A DNA stretch of 32,000 nt from Pyrobaculum oguniense TE7. GTDB lineage: Archaea; Thermoproteota; Thermoprotei; Thermoproteales; Thermoproteaceae. The notes below the pieces were generated by a model. The model did no database searches. It saw only the letters and a program-made list of their open reading frames with translations, and had not been told where the DNA came from. The first letter of the stretch is position 1, and the number at the start of each line of letters is the position of its first letter. The position numbers and the translations under genes are program-made. The stretch covers positions 249,233-281,232 of the forward strand of contig CP003316.1 in NCBI GenBank assembly GCA_000247545.1. The letters are read 5' to 3'. Of this stretch, positions 18,494 to 27,306 are shown one piece after another.

Positions 18494-19210
18494 GTGGATT
18501 TCTTCGAAGCGGTACATAGGAGGCGCTCTGTGAGGAAGTTTAAGCGAGCGAAAATCCCAGAGGAGGACATTACGAAGATTATGGAGGCGGGTAGGGCGGC
18601 GCCTACAGATGCCACACTCCACCTGTGGAGTGCGGTTTGGATAAGAGACGATACAAAGAAGGCAGAGATCTCAAGGCTCATAAATCAGCCACACGTCGAT
18701 GAGGGATCCGACTTCTTTGTATTTGTCGCAGATCTATACCGCCTAAGAGAATTGCTCAAATTCAGAAACCGCGAGATTGCTAAGAACAAAATATCGCTGT
18801 TATTATTCGCGGCGATCGACGCAGCATTGGCAGCCGAGAATATGGCCTTGGCCGCAACTGCCTTGGGCTACGGCAGTTGTTTTATAGGCGCCGTCCAGAA
18901 CGCCGTAGCAGAGCTTATCGATATGTTAAAACTGCCTCCTCTGACTTATCCACTTTTTGGGCTTGTCATAGGGATACCCAACGAGGATCCCCCACAGCGG
19001 CCTAGACTACCTCTAGATATGCTTTTCCACAAAGAGGAGTATAGGCCATATTCCGACATTCAGCTGGACCAAGCATATCAAATAATGGGGAAGATTACCA
19101 GGTCGGGAGACTGGCTAAGGCTACTAGAGCGCTACGCGGGTGCTGAAGGCTATTTCAACGAGAGAGGGCAAGTCCTAGTGGAGCTCTTGAGGAAGACGGG
19201 ATTTACGTAA
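18494..19210 (+). CDS. Nitroreductase-family flavoprotein
   Basis: 238 aa with a GTG start. It has the FEAVHRRRSVRKF N-terminal motif and the central helix pattern of the nitroreductase family. Confidence 0.75.
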   Translation: MDFFEAVHRRRSVRKFKRAKIPEEDITKIMEAGRAAPTDATLHLWSAVWIRDDTKKAEISRLINQPHVDEGSDFFVFVADLYRLRELLKFRNREIAKNKISLLLFAAIDAALAAENMALAATALGYGSCFIGAVQNAVAELIDMLKLPPLTYPLFGLVIGIPNEDPPQRPRLPLDMLFHKEEYRPYSDIQLDQAYQIMGKITRSGDWLRLLERYAGAEGYFNERGQVLVELLRKTGFT

Positions 19211-19240
19211 ATATTTAAAGATAGGCCGAGTTTCGGCTCT

Positions 19241-19582
19241 ATGGTTGCAATTAGGGGCGTAGTTGTTTCAAAGCAACTTGTCTACGACCCTGCCGGTACG
19301 AGGTATGTGAAGATCGACATAATTGAGGAGAAGGAGCTTCCAGGCCCCGTAGCTGCCTTTTCTGCACAAGATGAACAAGCGGCTCAGTTAATGCGGGAGG
19401 TTATGCCTCTAGTGACGCAGATAGTGCGCTCTCTTCCATTCGGTGGGGGCAAGATAACAGTGCCCCGAGTTACTCTCTGGCTCACTGATGAGGAGCTAGA
19501 GATATACGGCGATATTGATGTGGGAGATGTCGTAGCTATACAAGTAGAAGGTGGGACCGTTACTATCAAGCCAGAAAGTTAA
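19241..19582 (+). CDS. Arcadin-1-like protein (first gene of the crenactin cluster)
   Basis: 113 aa. It lies immediately upstream of crenactin, the position arcadin-1 occupies in the published Thermoproteales cluster. The call rests on synteny and size only. Confidence 0.55.
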   Translation: MVAIRGVVVSKQLVYDPAGTRYVKIDIIEEKELPGPVAAFSAQDEQAAQLMREVMPLVTQIVRSLPFGGGKITVPRVTLWLTDEELEIYGDIDVGDVVAIQVEGGTVTIKPES

Positions 19583-19590
19583 AAAAGTAG

Positions 19591-20904
<1,314 letters not shown>

Positions 20905-20906
20905 CT

Positions 20907-21488
20907 GTGGAGTTTCCAAAACTACTGGTAATTAGGTACTTCTCTGAGACTCTCGGTATGAAGTTTGTGGGTGAGGAAGGAGATGTGTTGTGGTTTGAAG
21001 ATGGGCTGAACAAAGTGGCTGTGGACGTATACCTCTCAGAGGTGTACGAAGAGACAGAGCTCTACAAAAGAGTCGCAACGCTGGCGGGGCTCAACGCAAC
21101 GAAAACGTATCTGGCCGTGTTGCCAGACGGCTCGGCCTTCGTGGATCCTCGGTTTTTCAAAAACCAGGGGATAGGGCTGGTGCTGGTCGATCCAGCTGGG
21201 GGAGTTGAGATAAAGATATACGCAAAAGCCCGCCAGGCGCAAGTCCCAGTAGTGGATGTTAACAAAGTGGCGGAGGCGGTAAAGGCAGCGGTGCTTGAGT
21301 CCTTGAAGGCCGAGATTAAAGGTCTCGAAGCGGCTCTTCTAGATAAGCTTAAGAAGTACGTAGATCAGAGACTAGAGGAGTTCAGACGCCAAGCCGCGTC
21401 TCAGGCGCCGAGTCAGCCAGAGAGACAGACAGAAGCGCCGGCGTTGGACAACGAGTGGGTCAGAATTCTGAGATCCCGCAGTAGATAA
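20907..21488 (+). CDS. Arcadin-2-like protein
   Basis: 193 aa with a GTG start 3 nt after the crenactin stop. It has a helical Ala/Lys-rich middle and a short basic/hydrophobic C-terminus (NEWVRILRSRSR). Position and size match arcadin-2. Confidence 0.6.
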   Translation: MEFPKLLVIRYFSETLGMKFVGEEGDVLWFEDGLNKVAVDVYLSEVYEETELYKRVATLAGLNATKTYLAVLPDGSAFVDPRFFKNQGIGLVLVDPAGGVEIKIYAKARQAQVPVVDVNKVAEAVKAAVLESLKAEIKGLEAALLDKLKKYVDQRLEEFRRQAASQAPSQPERQTEAPALDNEWVRILRSRSR

Positions 21489-21513
21489 TATAAACCCCGG
21501 GACAATACTAGGC

Positions 21514-21684
21514 GTGGACATTCTCCTAGAAGAGGTCAGAAGGGCCTTTGGCAACACAGCCGAGGGCAAGTTGGCGGAGAGTCTTATTGAGGCGTATAGG
21601 GAGGGTGGGCCCCGCGGAGTGAGGAGAGCCTTACTCGAATACCTAAAGGCGCTGGGGGTGGATGTGGAGGATAGAGAGGATTGA
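21514..21684 (+). CDS. Small helical protein, arcadin-3 candidate (56 aa)
   Basis: Not in the ORF track. GTG at 21514, stop TGA at 21682-21684. Own translation: MDILLEEVRRAFGNTAEGKLAESLIEAYREGGPRGVRRALLEYLKALGVDVEDRED. The TATA-like ataatataaacc is centred about 24 nt upstream. It overlaps the arcadin-4 start by 23 nt in another frame. Confidence 0.45.
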   Translation: MDILLEEVRRAFGNTAEGKLAESLIEAYREGGPRGVRRALLEYLKALGVDVEDRED

Positions 21685-24046
21685 GCTGGAAAACTTCCGC
21701 TCCTACAAGGGGAGACATGTTGTGAGCCTAGGCGATGTGAACATACTGTGGGGGAGAATAGGGGCGGGTAAGACATCTCTCCTATACGCAGTAGAGTACG
21801 CCCTCTACGGGAGGCAATTGGAGGTCAAGGAAAGAGTCGCCAAGTTGCTAGACCTAATCAACGTCGAAGCTCACGAGATGCGAGTCTCCCTCGTCCTAAG
21901 CGATGGTGGGAGATTACTCGAGATAGAAAGGCGACTAGGGAGGCGCGGCGACGAAAAGATAGTGGTGAGAATCAACGGGGAAGAGCTCCGGGGGAGAGAG
22001 GCGGAAAGGAGGCTGGAGGAGCTGTTAGGCGCCGACGAAGATATCTACGAAAGACTCATCTACATATCGCATAGGACCCTAGAGGGCTTTATCTACGGGA
22101 CTTCGCAGAAGAGGTCGCTAACAGTAGATAGGCTCTTCGGTATCGATGTGATAGATAGCGTTGTCCGGGTTGTTTCGTCCGTTGAGAAGTCCCTTTTGGC
22201 CAAGGCCGAGGAGCTGAGGGGGAGGCTTGCGGCGTATGAGAAGTATAAGGAGGTGATCAGAAGATACGGCGGTTTCGCCGGCGTCAAGAAGCGCCTAGAA
22301 GACTTAACAAAAGAGGTAGAAACCCTGGAGGAGAGGGAAGCGGCGCTGTCTAGAGACGCAGAGGACTTAGCAAGAAAAAGAGCGGAGCACTTAGCCAAGC
22401 TGAGGGAGCACGAGTCTATGCTCCTTGAGTACTACAAGACGAGGTCGGAGCTAGAGGTTTTAGAAAGCGCCACAGAGGGAGGAACTTATGACTTGTCGAC
22501 AGTGGAAAAGCTGAGAGATGCGCTCAGAGAAGCCGTAGAGGAATTTGAACATGTCGTTGGCGAGGAGCTTGCCGAGAAGCTCTCAAAAGCGGGCGATGTG
22601 GAGTCGCTGTCTATTGCCATGATGGATGCGTACAACGCCCTGTCCAGGTTGCAAAACGAACTAGAAGCGCAGATTGCAGAAGCGAAAAAACTCTACGAAC
22701 AGTACTCGGCAAGAGTTAGGAAAATCGATGAGGAGATAGCCGAGGCACGGGATAGGCTGAGAAGACTTGAAAAGTACTACGCCCGTTTCAAGGAGTTGCA
22801 GAAGACTATCCAGTCAGTGGATTCGGCTCGCGCCTCGCTGGCGGAGCTTAGAAGACAGATTCAGACGTTGGAAAGAGAGGTTTCTTACTCCTCCGCGTTG
22901 AGAGTAGTGGCGCTCTACGCCGCGGAGACCGGGGCAGAAAAGTGCCCCATATGCGGCGCTCCTGTGCGGAAAGAGGATCTCCTTCGCCGTGTGGAGGAGG
23001 TGGAGGCTAGACACGGAACTCTCATCAAGGAGGTGGAGGAGCTGAAGGAGAGGGCTTCTCAGCTGGAAAAAGCCGTGGAAGAGGCAGAGGCGCTAAGCGG
23101 CGAGGTCGCGGAGTATCTAGCCGTGAAGACTAGATTAGAGGAGCTTGAAACCGAGAGGGAAGAGGCGGCAAAGAAGGCGTTGCAAGCAGAGAAATCCTTG
23201 AAACAGCTTGAAAAGAAGACAGAAAGGCTACGCTTGTTGCTGGCTAGAGTTGATAGAAGAACTATATCTGATACCCTCGCCAAGTATGGAAGGGCTGTAA
23301 GGATTAGAGAGTTACGTAAGCGTTTGAGAGAAATCGAGGACTCGTTGAAAAGGATTGGGATCACGAGCGATGTCATAAGCATTGATGTGAACTGGAGAGA
23401 GGTCGTAGAGGAGCTTGAAAAAACCTCGCGCAGACTCGCCGAGGCGTATAGAGAGAGAGCCCTCCTAGAAGAAGTTGTGAGAGAAGTCGGCGAAAATGCC
23501 GAGGCGTTGAAAAAGAAACTGGACAACGCCCTGTACGCCTATGGCAAATTGCAGGAGGTTAAGGCTAAGCTGGAGCTTGCCAAGATCAACGCGAGGGCGC
23601 GGCTCCTTGAAGTGGCCAGGAGCAGATTCAACGAGGTATTCACCTCTCTGTACAGATATGGCGACATCGTAAGGGTTGATGCCGACTTAGAACAGCGCAG
23701 GGGCTTCTACGACTTCCACGCCATAACTCCCAGCGGGGATAGATATGGAATCTCTAAGCTCAGCGACGGCCAGCGGCTCTCCATAGCCCTTGCCCTCGCG
23801 CTGGCGCTCCGGGATATTGCAAGAATAAACTTGGGATTTGTAATCTTCGACGAGCCGATCCCCTACGTGGATGTGAACATAAGAAGAGCCTTTGCCGAAG
23901 TGGTCAAGGCGCTGGCGAGCCGTTTCCAGATAGTTGTCGCTACCCAGTCGAGGGAATTCGCGGAGATGATAAAAGAAGCGGTCCCCAACGCGCTTCTCTT
24001 CAAGGTGGATAAAAAAGAGAGCTCCGAGGCAGTAGTGGAGTCCTAG
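21662..24046 (+). CDS. Arcadin-4-like Rad50/SMC-type coiled-coil ATPase
   Basis: 794 aa. MWRIERIELENFRSYKG N-terminus, Walker A GRIGAGKTS, about 550 aa of coiled coil with a central CPICG (Cys428/Cys431), ABC signature LSDGQRLS, Walker B FVIFDEP. Confidence 0.8.
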   Translation: MWRIERIELENFRSYKGRHVVSLGDVNILWGRIGAGKTSLLYAVEYALYGRQLEVKERVAKLLDLINVEAHEMRVSLVLSDGGRLLEIERRLGRRGDEKIVVRINGEELRGREAERRLEELLGADEDIYERLIYISHRTLEGFIYGTSQKRSLTVDRLFGIDVIDSVVRVVSSVEKSLLAKAEELRGRLAAYEKYKEVIRRYGGFAGVKKRLEDLTKEVETLEEREAALSRDAEDLARKRAEHLAKLREHESMLLEYYKTRSELEVLESATEGGTYDLSTVEKLRDALREAVEEFEHVVGEELAEKLSKAGDVESLSIAMMDAYNALSRLQNELEAQIAEAKKLYEQYSARVRKIDEEIAEARDRLRRLEKYYARFKELQKTIQSVDSARASLAELRRQIQTLEREVSYSSALRVVALYAAETGAEKCPICGAPVRKEDLLRRVEEVEARHGTLIKEVEELKERASQLEKAVEEAEALSGEVAEYLAVKTRLEELETEREEAAKKALQAEKSLKQLEKKTERLRLLLARVDRRTISDTLAKYGRAVRIRELRKRLREIEDSLKRIGITSDVISIDVNWREVVEELEKTSRRLAEAYRERALLEEVVREVGENAEALKKKLDNALYAYGKLQEVKAKLELAKINARARLLEVARSRFNEVFTSLYRYGDIVRVDADLEQRRGFYDFHAITPSGDRYGISKLSDGQRLSIALALALALRDIARINLGFVIFDEPIPYVDVNIRRAFAEVVKALASRFQIVVATQSREFAEMIKEAVPNALLFKVDKKESSEAVVES

Positions 24047-24106
24047 ATCAGAGCTCCAGACCATCTTCACCAATTCAGAGGACCCACTAAAAAGTCATCA
24101 CGGAAA
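24045..24106 (-). ncRNA. Box C/D sRNA; the D guide is complementary to the tRNA-Trp anticodon arm (predicted Cm34 guide)
   Basis: Minus-strand read: C box GUGAUGA (24101-24095), spacer CUUUUUAGUGGGUCCU (16 nt), D' CUGA (24078-24075), linker AUUG, C' GUGAAGA (24070-24064, one mismatch), 12-nt guide UGGUCUGGAGCU (24063-24052), D box CUGA (24051-24048). Ten consecutive Watson-Crick pairs plus one G-U form with tRNA-Trp nt 26808-26818. It lies in the 3' region downstream of the TrmB-family gene, and its D box ends 2 nt from the arcadin-4 stop. Confidence 0.7.
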
Positions 24107-24127
24107 TGGCTACACCTATATTAATAG

Positions 24128-24865
24128 CTATTTTGCCCTTTGCCATACGTTATAGAAGTACGTCTTGGCGATTTCCGCTATAAAACGCTCGTTGGAGTAC
24201 ACTCCTGATATCTCGCCGCTGTGCTTGACAAATATCAATACCGAGCCCCCTATGGCGCCCCCGCCGAACATCTCGGGGACTGCCCTTACCTCCACCCGGG
24301 GGGGCAGGTCAAACTTCGCCCTTAGCCGCACTGTAGTGAGCACCTTAATTGAAATACGCTTAGACTCCTCCACTATTGTGGCAAAAAGCCTGTAGGAGAT
24401 GAGTTCTTCGAAAGGAAGAGCTAGATATGCCTCAGTCTCGGCTTCGGACAACACCTCGTTGATCAAGTCGGAGACCCTCTCGGCGCCGCGTATTAGAGTG
24501 AGAAACGTCGACGTTGCCGCCGCGTATCTGGACTCATAGACTATCTGCAGGCTATCGAAAAACGGCTTCAAAGTCTTTAGAATTTCGGAAGTCTGCCTCA
24601 CTAATATTCTGTACACCTCCATCGGAGGTGTAGCTCTGAACTTAGCCGGGCGCGCTTCTCCTGTCGTTGTGATTAAGCCAAGTCTCTCCAGCCTTTGAAG
24701 ATGCACATATATCTTGGTGTAGGGTATAGCCAGCAAGTCGGATAACTCCCTAGCAGTCATCTCTCCCCTCTCCACAAGAGCTAGGTATATATCCACCTCC
24801 CTCTTCCCAATGCCAAAAGACGCCAGCACTTTGCCCAGCTGATCCACAGCAGTGTAAAAGCACAT
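24128..24865 (-). CDS. TrmB-family transcriptional regulator
   Basis: 245 aa. The N-terminal winged HTH (REVDIYLALVERGEMTARELSDLLAIPYTKIYVHLQRLERLGLI) is typical of TrmB. A C-terminal effector-type domain is also present. Confidence 0.75.
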   Translation of the reverse strand: MCFYTAVDQLGKVLASFGIGKREVDIYLALVERGEMTARELSDLLAIPYTKIYVHLQRLERLGLITTTGEARPAKFRATPPMEVYRILVRQTSEILKTLKPFFDSLQIVYESRYAAATSTFLTLIRGAERVSDLINEVLSEAETEAYLALPFEELISYRLFATIVEESKRISIKVLTTVRLRAKFDLPPRVEVRAVPEMFGGGAIGGSVLIFVKHSGEISGVYSNERFIAEIAKTYFYNVWQRAK

Positions 24866-24887
24866 CTTTAATCCTTTTCACGTAAAA

Positions 24888-24908
24888 CAGTTAAAAAGTT
24901 TAAAAAAA
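24888..24908. promoter_or_regulatory. Tandem TATA-like boxes (cagttaaaaag / gtttaaaaaaagc) for the divergent TrmB-family and radical SAM genes
   Basis: 60-nt spacer. The box centred at about 24903 is 23 nt from ATG 24926. The box centred at about 24893 is 28 nt from ATG 24865. The near-palindrome ttttcacgtaaaa (24875-24887) sits between the TrmB TATA box and its start codon. Confidence 0.45.
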
Positions 24909-24925
24909 GCTACCATGCCGAGGCC

Positions 24926-26662
24926 ATGAGCAAGCAAGTTGCCGAGCTGGCGACAGTCTGCGAAGAGAAGCCGGGCAGACTCGTAGATTTGTCTAAGTAC
25001 AACCTACCTGAAAGGTACAAGACCACTCTCCTCAACGAGAAGTGGCAGACTACGTTGAAGAGGCAGTACGGCTTGCCAGCCCACACCAGAGTGGTTAAAG
25101 CAACTCTCTCCCTCTGCCCCGTCTGCAACACCAGAATACCCGCCGTGGTGTATGAAGAAAACGGCGCCATATGGATGAAGAAGAGCTGCCCTCACCACGG
25201 CGTCTTTGAAGACCTCTACTGGGGCGACGCAGAGATGTACTACTACTTCCTCCAGTGGGACCGCCCTGAGTACATCGCCAAGGGCCTCGCCAACCCATAC
25301 ACTGACCTGGAGTTTTACAAAGACATGGGCTCATGCCCCGAGGGCTGTGGTCTCTGCCCAGTCCACAAGTCCAACACAGTCCTCGCCATTATAGACGTCA
25401 CTAATAGGTGCAATATGGCCTGCCCCGTCTGCTTCGCAAACGCCGGTGCCGCAGGCTACGTCTACGAGCCCACGCTGGAGCAGATCGAGTATATGCTCAG
25501 GACGTTGAGAGCGCAGAAGCCGTGGCCGCCTAACGCCATTCAGATATCGGGAGGGGAGCCCACTCTCAGAGACGACCTGCCCGAAATAGTGAGGATGGCC
25601 AAGAAGCTCGGCTTCACCCACATAGAGATAAACACCAACGGCATAAGACTTGCTAATGATATTGAGTACTACAAGGCGCTTCTTGACGCTGGGATCTCTA
25701 CCCTGTACCTGCAGTTCGACACAATAGACGAGAAGAACGAGGGCGTCTGGAGGCACAGGCTCTACCACCCCAAGGCATACAGGATCATAAAGGAGAAGGT
25801 CATCGAAAACGCCAGGAAGCTAGGCCACCGCTCCATCGTCCTAGTGGTCACCCTCGCTAAGAACTACAACGACAAAGATCTCGGCAAAATAGTGGACTTC
25901 GCCATCCAGAACAGAGACGTGGTGAGGTGGGTAAACATACAGCCAGTGAGCTTTTCAGGCAGGGCCAAGCTATACAGCAAGGAAGAGCTTAGAAAGTACA
26001 GAATAACAATACCTGACACCATAATAGAGATAGAGAAGCAGACAGGCGGCGTCATTAGCAGGTGGGACTGGCGCCCCACCAATTGGCCAGTGGCACTAGC
26101 CAAAATGGTAGAGGCGCTGACCGATTCGCCCAAACCGCTCTTCTCAATGAACCCCATGTGCGGCGCCGCCACCTTTATCTACTACGACGAAGACGAAAAG
26201 CGGATATACCCCATCACCAAGCTGGTGGACGTAGACGCTTTCGAAAAAGGCGCCTGGGACATATACTACACCGCAGTGAAGGGCGGCATCCACAAACAGA
26301 CAGCCAAGGTAAAAGCCCTGAAGCTGTTAAAAGCAGTTAAGCACAAGAAGGTGAAAGACTTGATATACGACTTCTTGGTGAGGAAGGACTACGACTCCCT
26401 AGGCCGCTTCTTCTTCAACGTCGTAGGTATCGGAATAATGCACTTCATGGATACCATGAACTACGACATAGAGAGAGTACAGCGCTGCGACATACACTAC
26501 GCCACGCCCGACGGCAGAGTATTTCCATTCTGTACATACAACGTAGTAGGCCACCGCGAAAAGGTGGAAAGCTCATTCAAGGTAGATCCGAAAACCTGGG
26601 TTAAAGTCACAGGGCTCTCGCTAACAGGCTGGAACAAGCAAAAATTCGCCGAATTTAAATAG
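24926..26662 (+). CDS. Radical SAM enzyme, COG1964-type; possible tetraether lipid synthase (Tes/GDGT-MAS) homologue
   Basis: 578 aa. N-terminal Zn/Fe ribbon CPVCN...CPHHG, an auxiliary cluster motif CPEGCGLCPVH, then the radical SAM CxxxCxxC as TNRCNMACPVCF, plus GGEPTLR. The radical SAM call is solid. The Tes assignment rests on my recollection of the family's motif layout. Confidence 0.8.
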   Translation: MSKQVAELATVCEEKPGRLVDLSKYNLPERYKTTLLNEKWQTTLKRQYGLPAHTRVVKATLSLCPVCNTRIPAVVYEENGAIWMKKSCPHHGVFEDLYWGDAEMYYYFLQWDRPEYIAKGLANPYTDLEFYKDMGSCPEGCGLCPVHKSNTVLAIIDVTNRCNMACPVCFANAGAAGYVYEPTLEQIEYMLRTLRAQKPWPPNAIQISGGEPTLRDDLPEIVRMAKKLGFTHIEINTNGIRLANDIEYYKALLDAGISTLYLQFDTIDEKNEGVWRHRLYHPKAYRIIKEKVIENARKLGHRSIVLVVTLAKNYNDKDLGKIVDFAIQNRDVVRWVNIQPVSFSGRAKLYSKEELRKYRITIPDTIIEIEKQTGGVISRWDWRPTNWPVALAKMVEALTDSPKPLFSMNPMCGAATFIYYDEDEKRIYPITKLVDVDAFEKGAWDIYYTAVKGGIHKQTAKVKALKLLKAVKHKKVKDLIYDFLVRKDYDSLGRFFFNVVGIGIMHFMDTMNYDIERVQRCDIHYATPDGRVFPFCTYNVVGHREKVESSFKVDPKTWVKVTGLSLTGWNKQKFAEFK

Positions 26663-26664
26663 GA

Positions 26665-26670
26665 TTTTTT
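26665..26670 (+). terminator. Oligo-T tract (T6) 3 nt after the radical SAM stop codon
   Basis: ...aaatag ga tttttt ctcg. Archaeal RNAP terminates at oligo-T runs. Confidence 0.4.
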
Positions 26671-26777
26671 CTCGCAAATTATCCTACATCTCATCAGTGA
26701 TACCAGTATGAAAGAGTGTCCTATCGGCAAGGACAGATAGCAAAAAACATAAATACACAACAACCACAATCTTGCAC

Positions 26778-26854
26778 GGGCCCGTAGCTCAGCCAGGCAG
26801 AGCGGCGGGCTCCAGACCCGTAGGGCGGGGGTTCAAATCCCTCCGGGCCCACCA
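26778..26854 (+). tRNA. tRNA-Trp (anticodon CCA), intron-less, with genomically encoded 3' CCA
   Basis: Cloverleaf folded by hand. Acceptor GGGCCCG/CGGGCCC. D arm GCUC-AGCCAGGCA-GAGC. Anticodon arm GCGGG-CUCCAGA-CCCGU, anticodon 26812-26814. Variable loop AGGGC. T arm GGGGG-UUCAAAU-CCCUC. Discriminator A, then CCA. The TATA box cataaata is centred about 26 nt upstream. Confidence 0.9.
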
Positions 26855-26903
26855 ACTTATCTTCCTAAACACAGAGAGTTTTGGTAGAAAACTGCTGGTT
26901 TAA

Positions 26904-26957
26904 TCAGCGTGATAACCGCCAAGTCACTCATCTTTAATCCCCGAGACTTCATCACAG
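26904..26957 (-). ncRNA. Weak small-RNA candidate (C/D-like boxes or a hairpin) with its own TATA box
   Basis: Minus strand: the TATA box ttataaa (26976-26982) lies 20 nt upstream of GUGAUGA (26955-26949), and CUGA (26907-26904) lies 41 nt further downstream. There is no credible D'/C' pair. GUGAU/AUCAC and AAGUC/GACUU can instead pair into a hairpin. Confidence 0.25.
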
Positions 26958-27045
26958 TCCTCCACGGCGCTTTGGTTTATAAGACATAGCACCGATGTTG
27001 CGTGTGATGAGTCTCACGGTAAGCGAGAGGTCTGCACAACGCCCT

Positions 27046-27285
27046 TCACCGACCTCCCAGCAGTCTTTTCAAGTATTGTAATAACTCGCTGGCTTCTTCT
27101 TCGTCTAGGTGGCCTACGCCGAGTTGCTTAGCGAGCTCCCTATCGCCGACGACGAGGACGATCTTTTTGTCGATAGAAACAAGTTCTTCGGCTTTTATCG
27201 CCCTCACCCCGGGGAACCTCATCCACTCCTCAGGAGGCTCTTTATTAAAAACTATATAGATCTCCACATGTGCCTTTACATCCAC
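27046..27285 (-). CDS. Hypothetical protein (79 aa)
   Basis: Last ORF of the acd/AKR/GNAT co-directional gene string. No recognisable motif. Confidence 0.4.
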   Translation of the reverse strand: MDVKAHVEIYIVFNKEPPEEWMRFPGVRAIKAEELVSIDKKIVLVVGDRELAKQLGVGHLDEEEASELLQYLKRLLGGR

Positions 27286-27306
27286 CTTAAAAAATTATAC
27301 GTAGCG

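Noticed and set aside
26855-27045. The tRNA-Trp 3' flank, considered as an integration site (att duplication, integrase, provirus).
   Set aside because: No repeat of the tRNA 3' half was seen downstream, and the neighbouring genes are ordinary metabolic genes with native composition.
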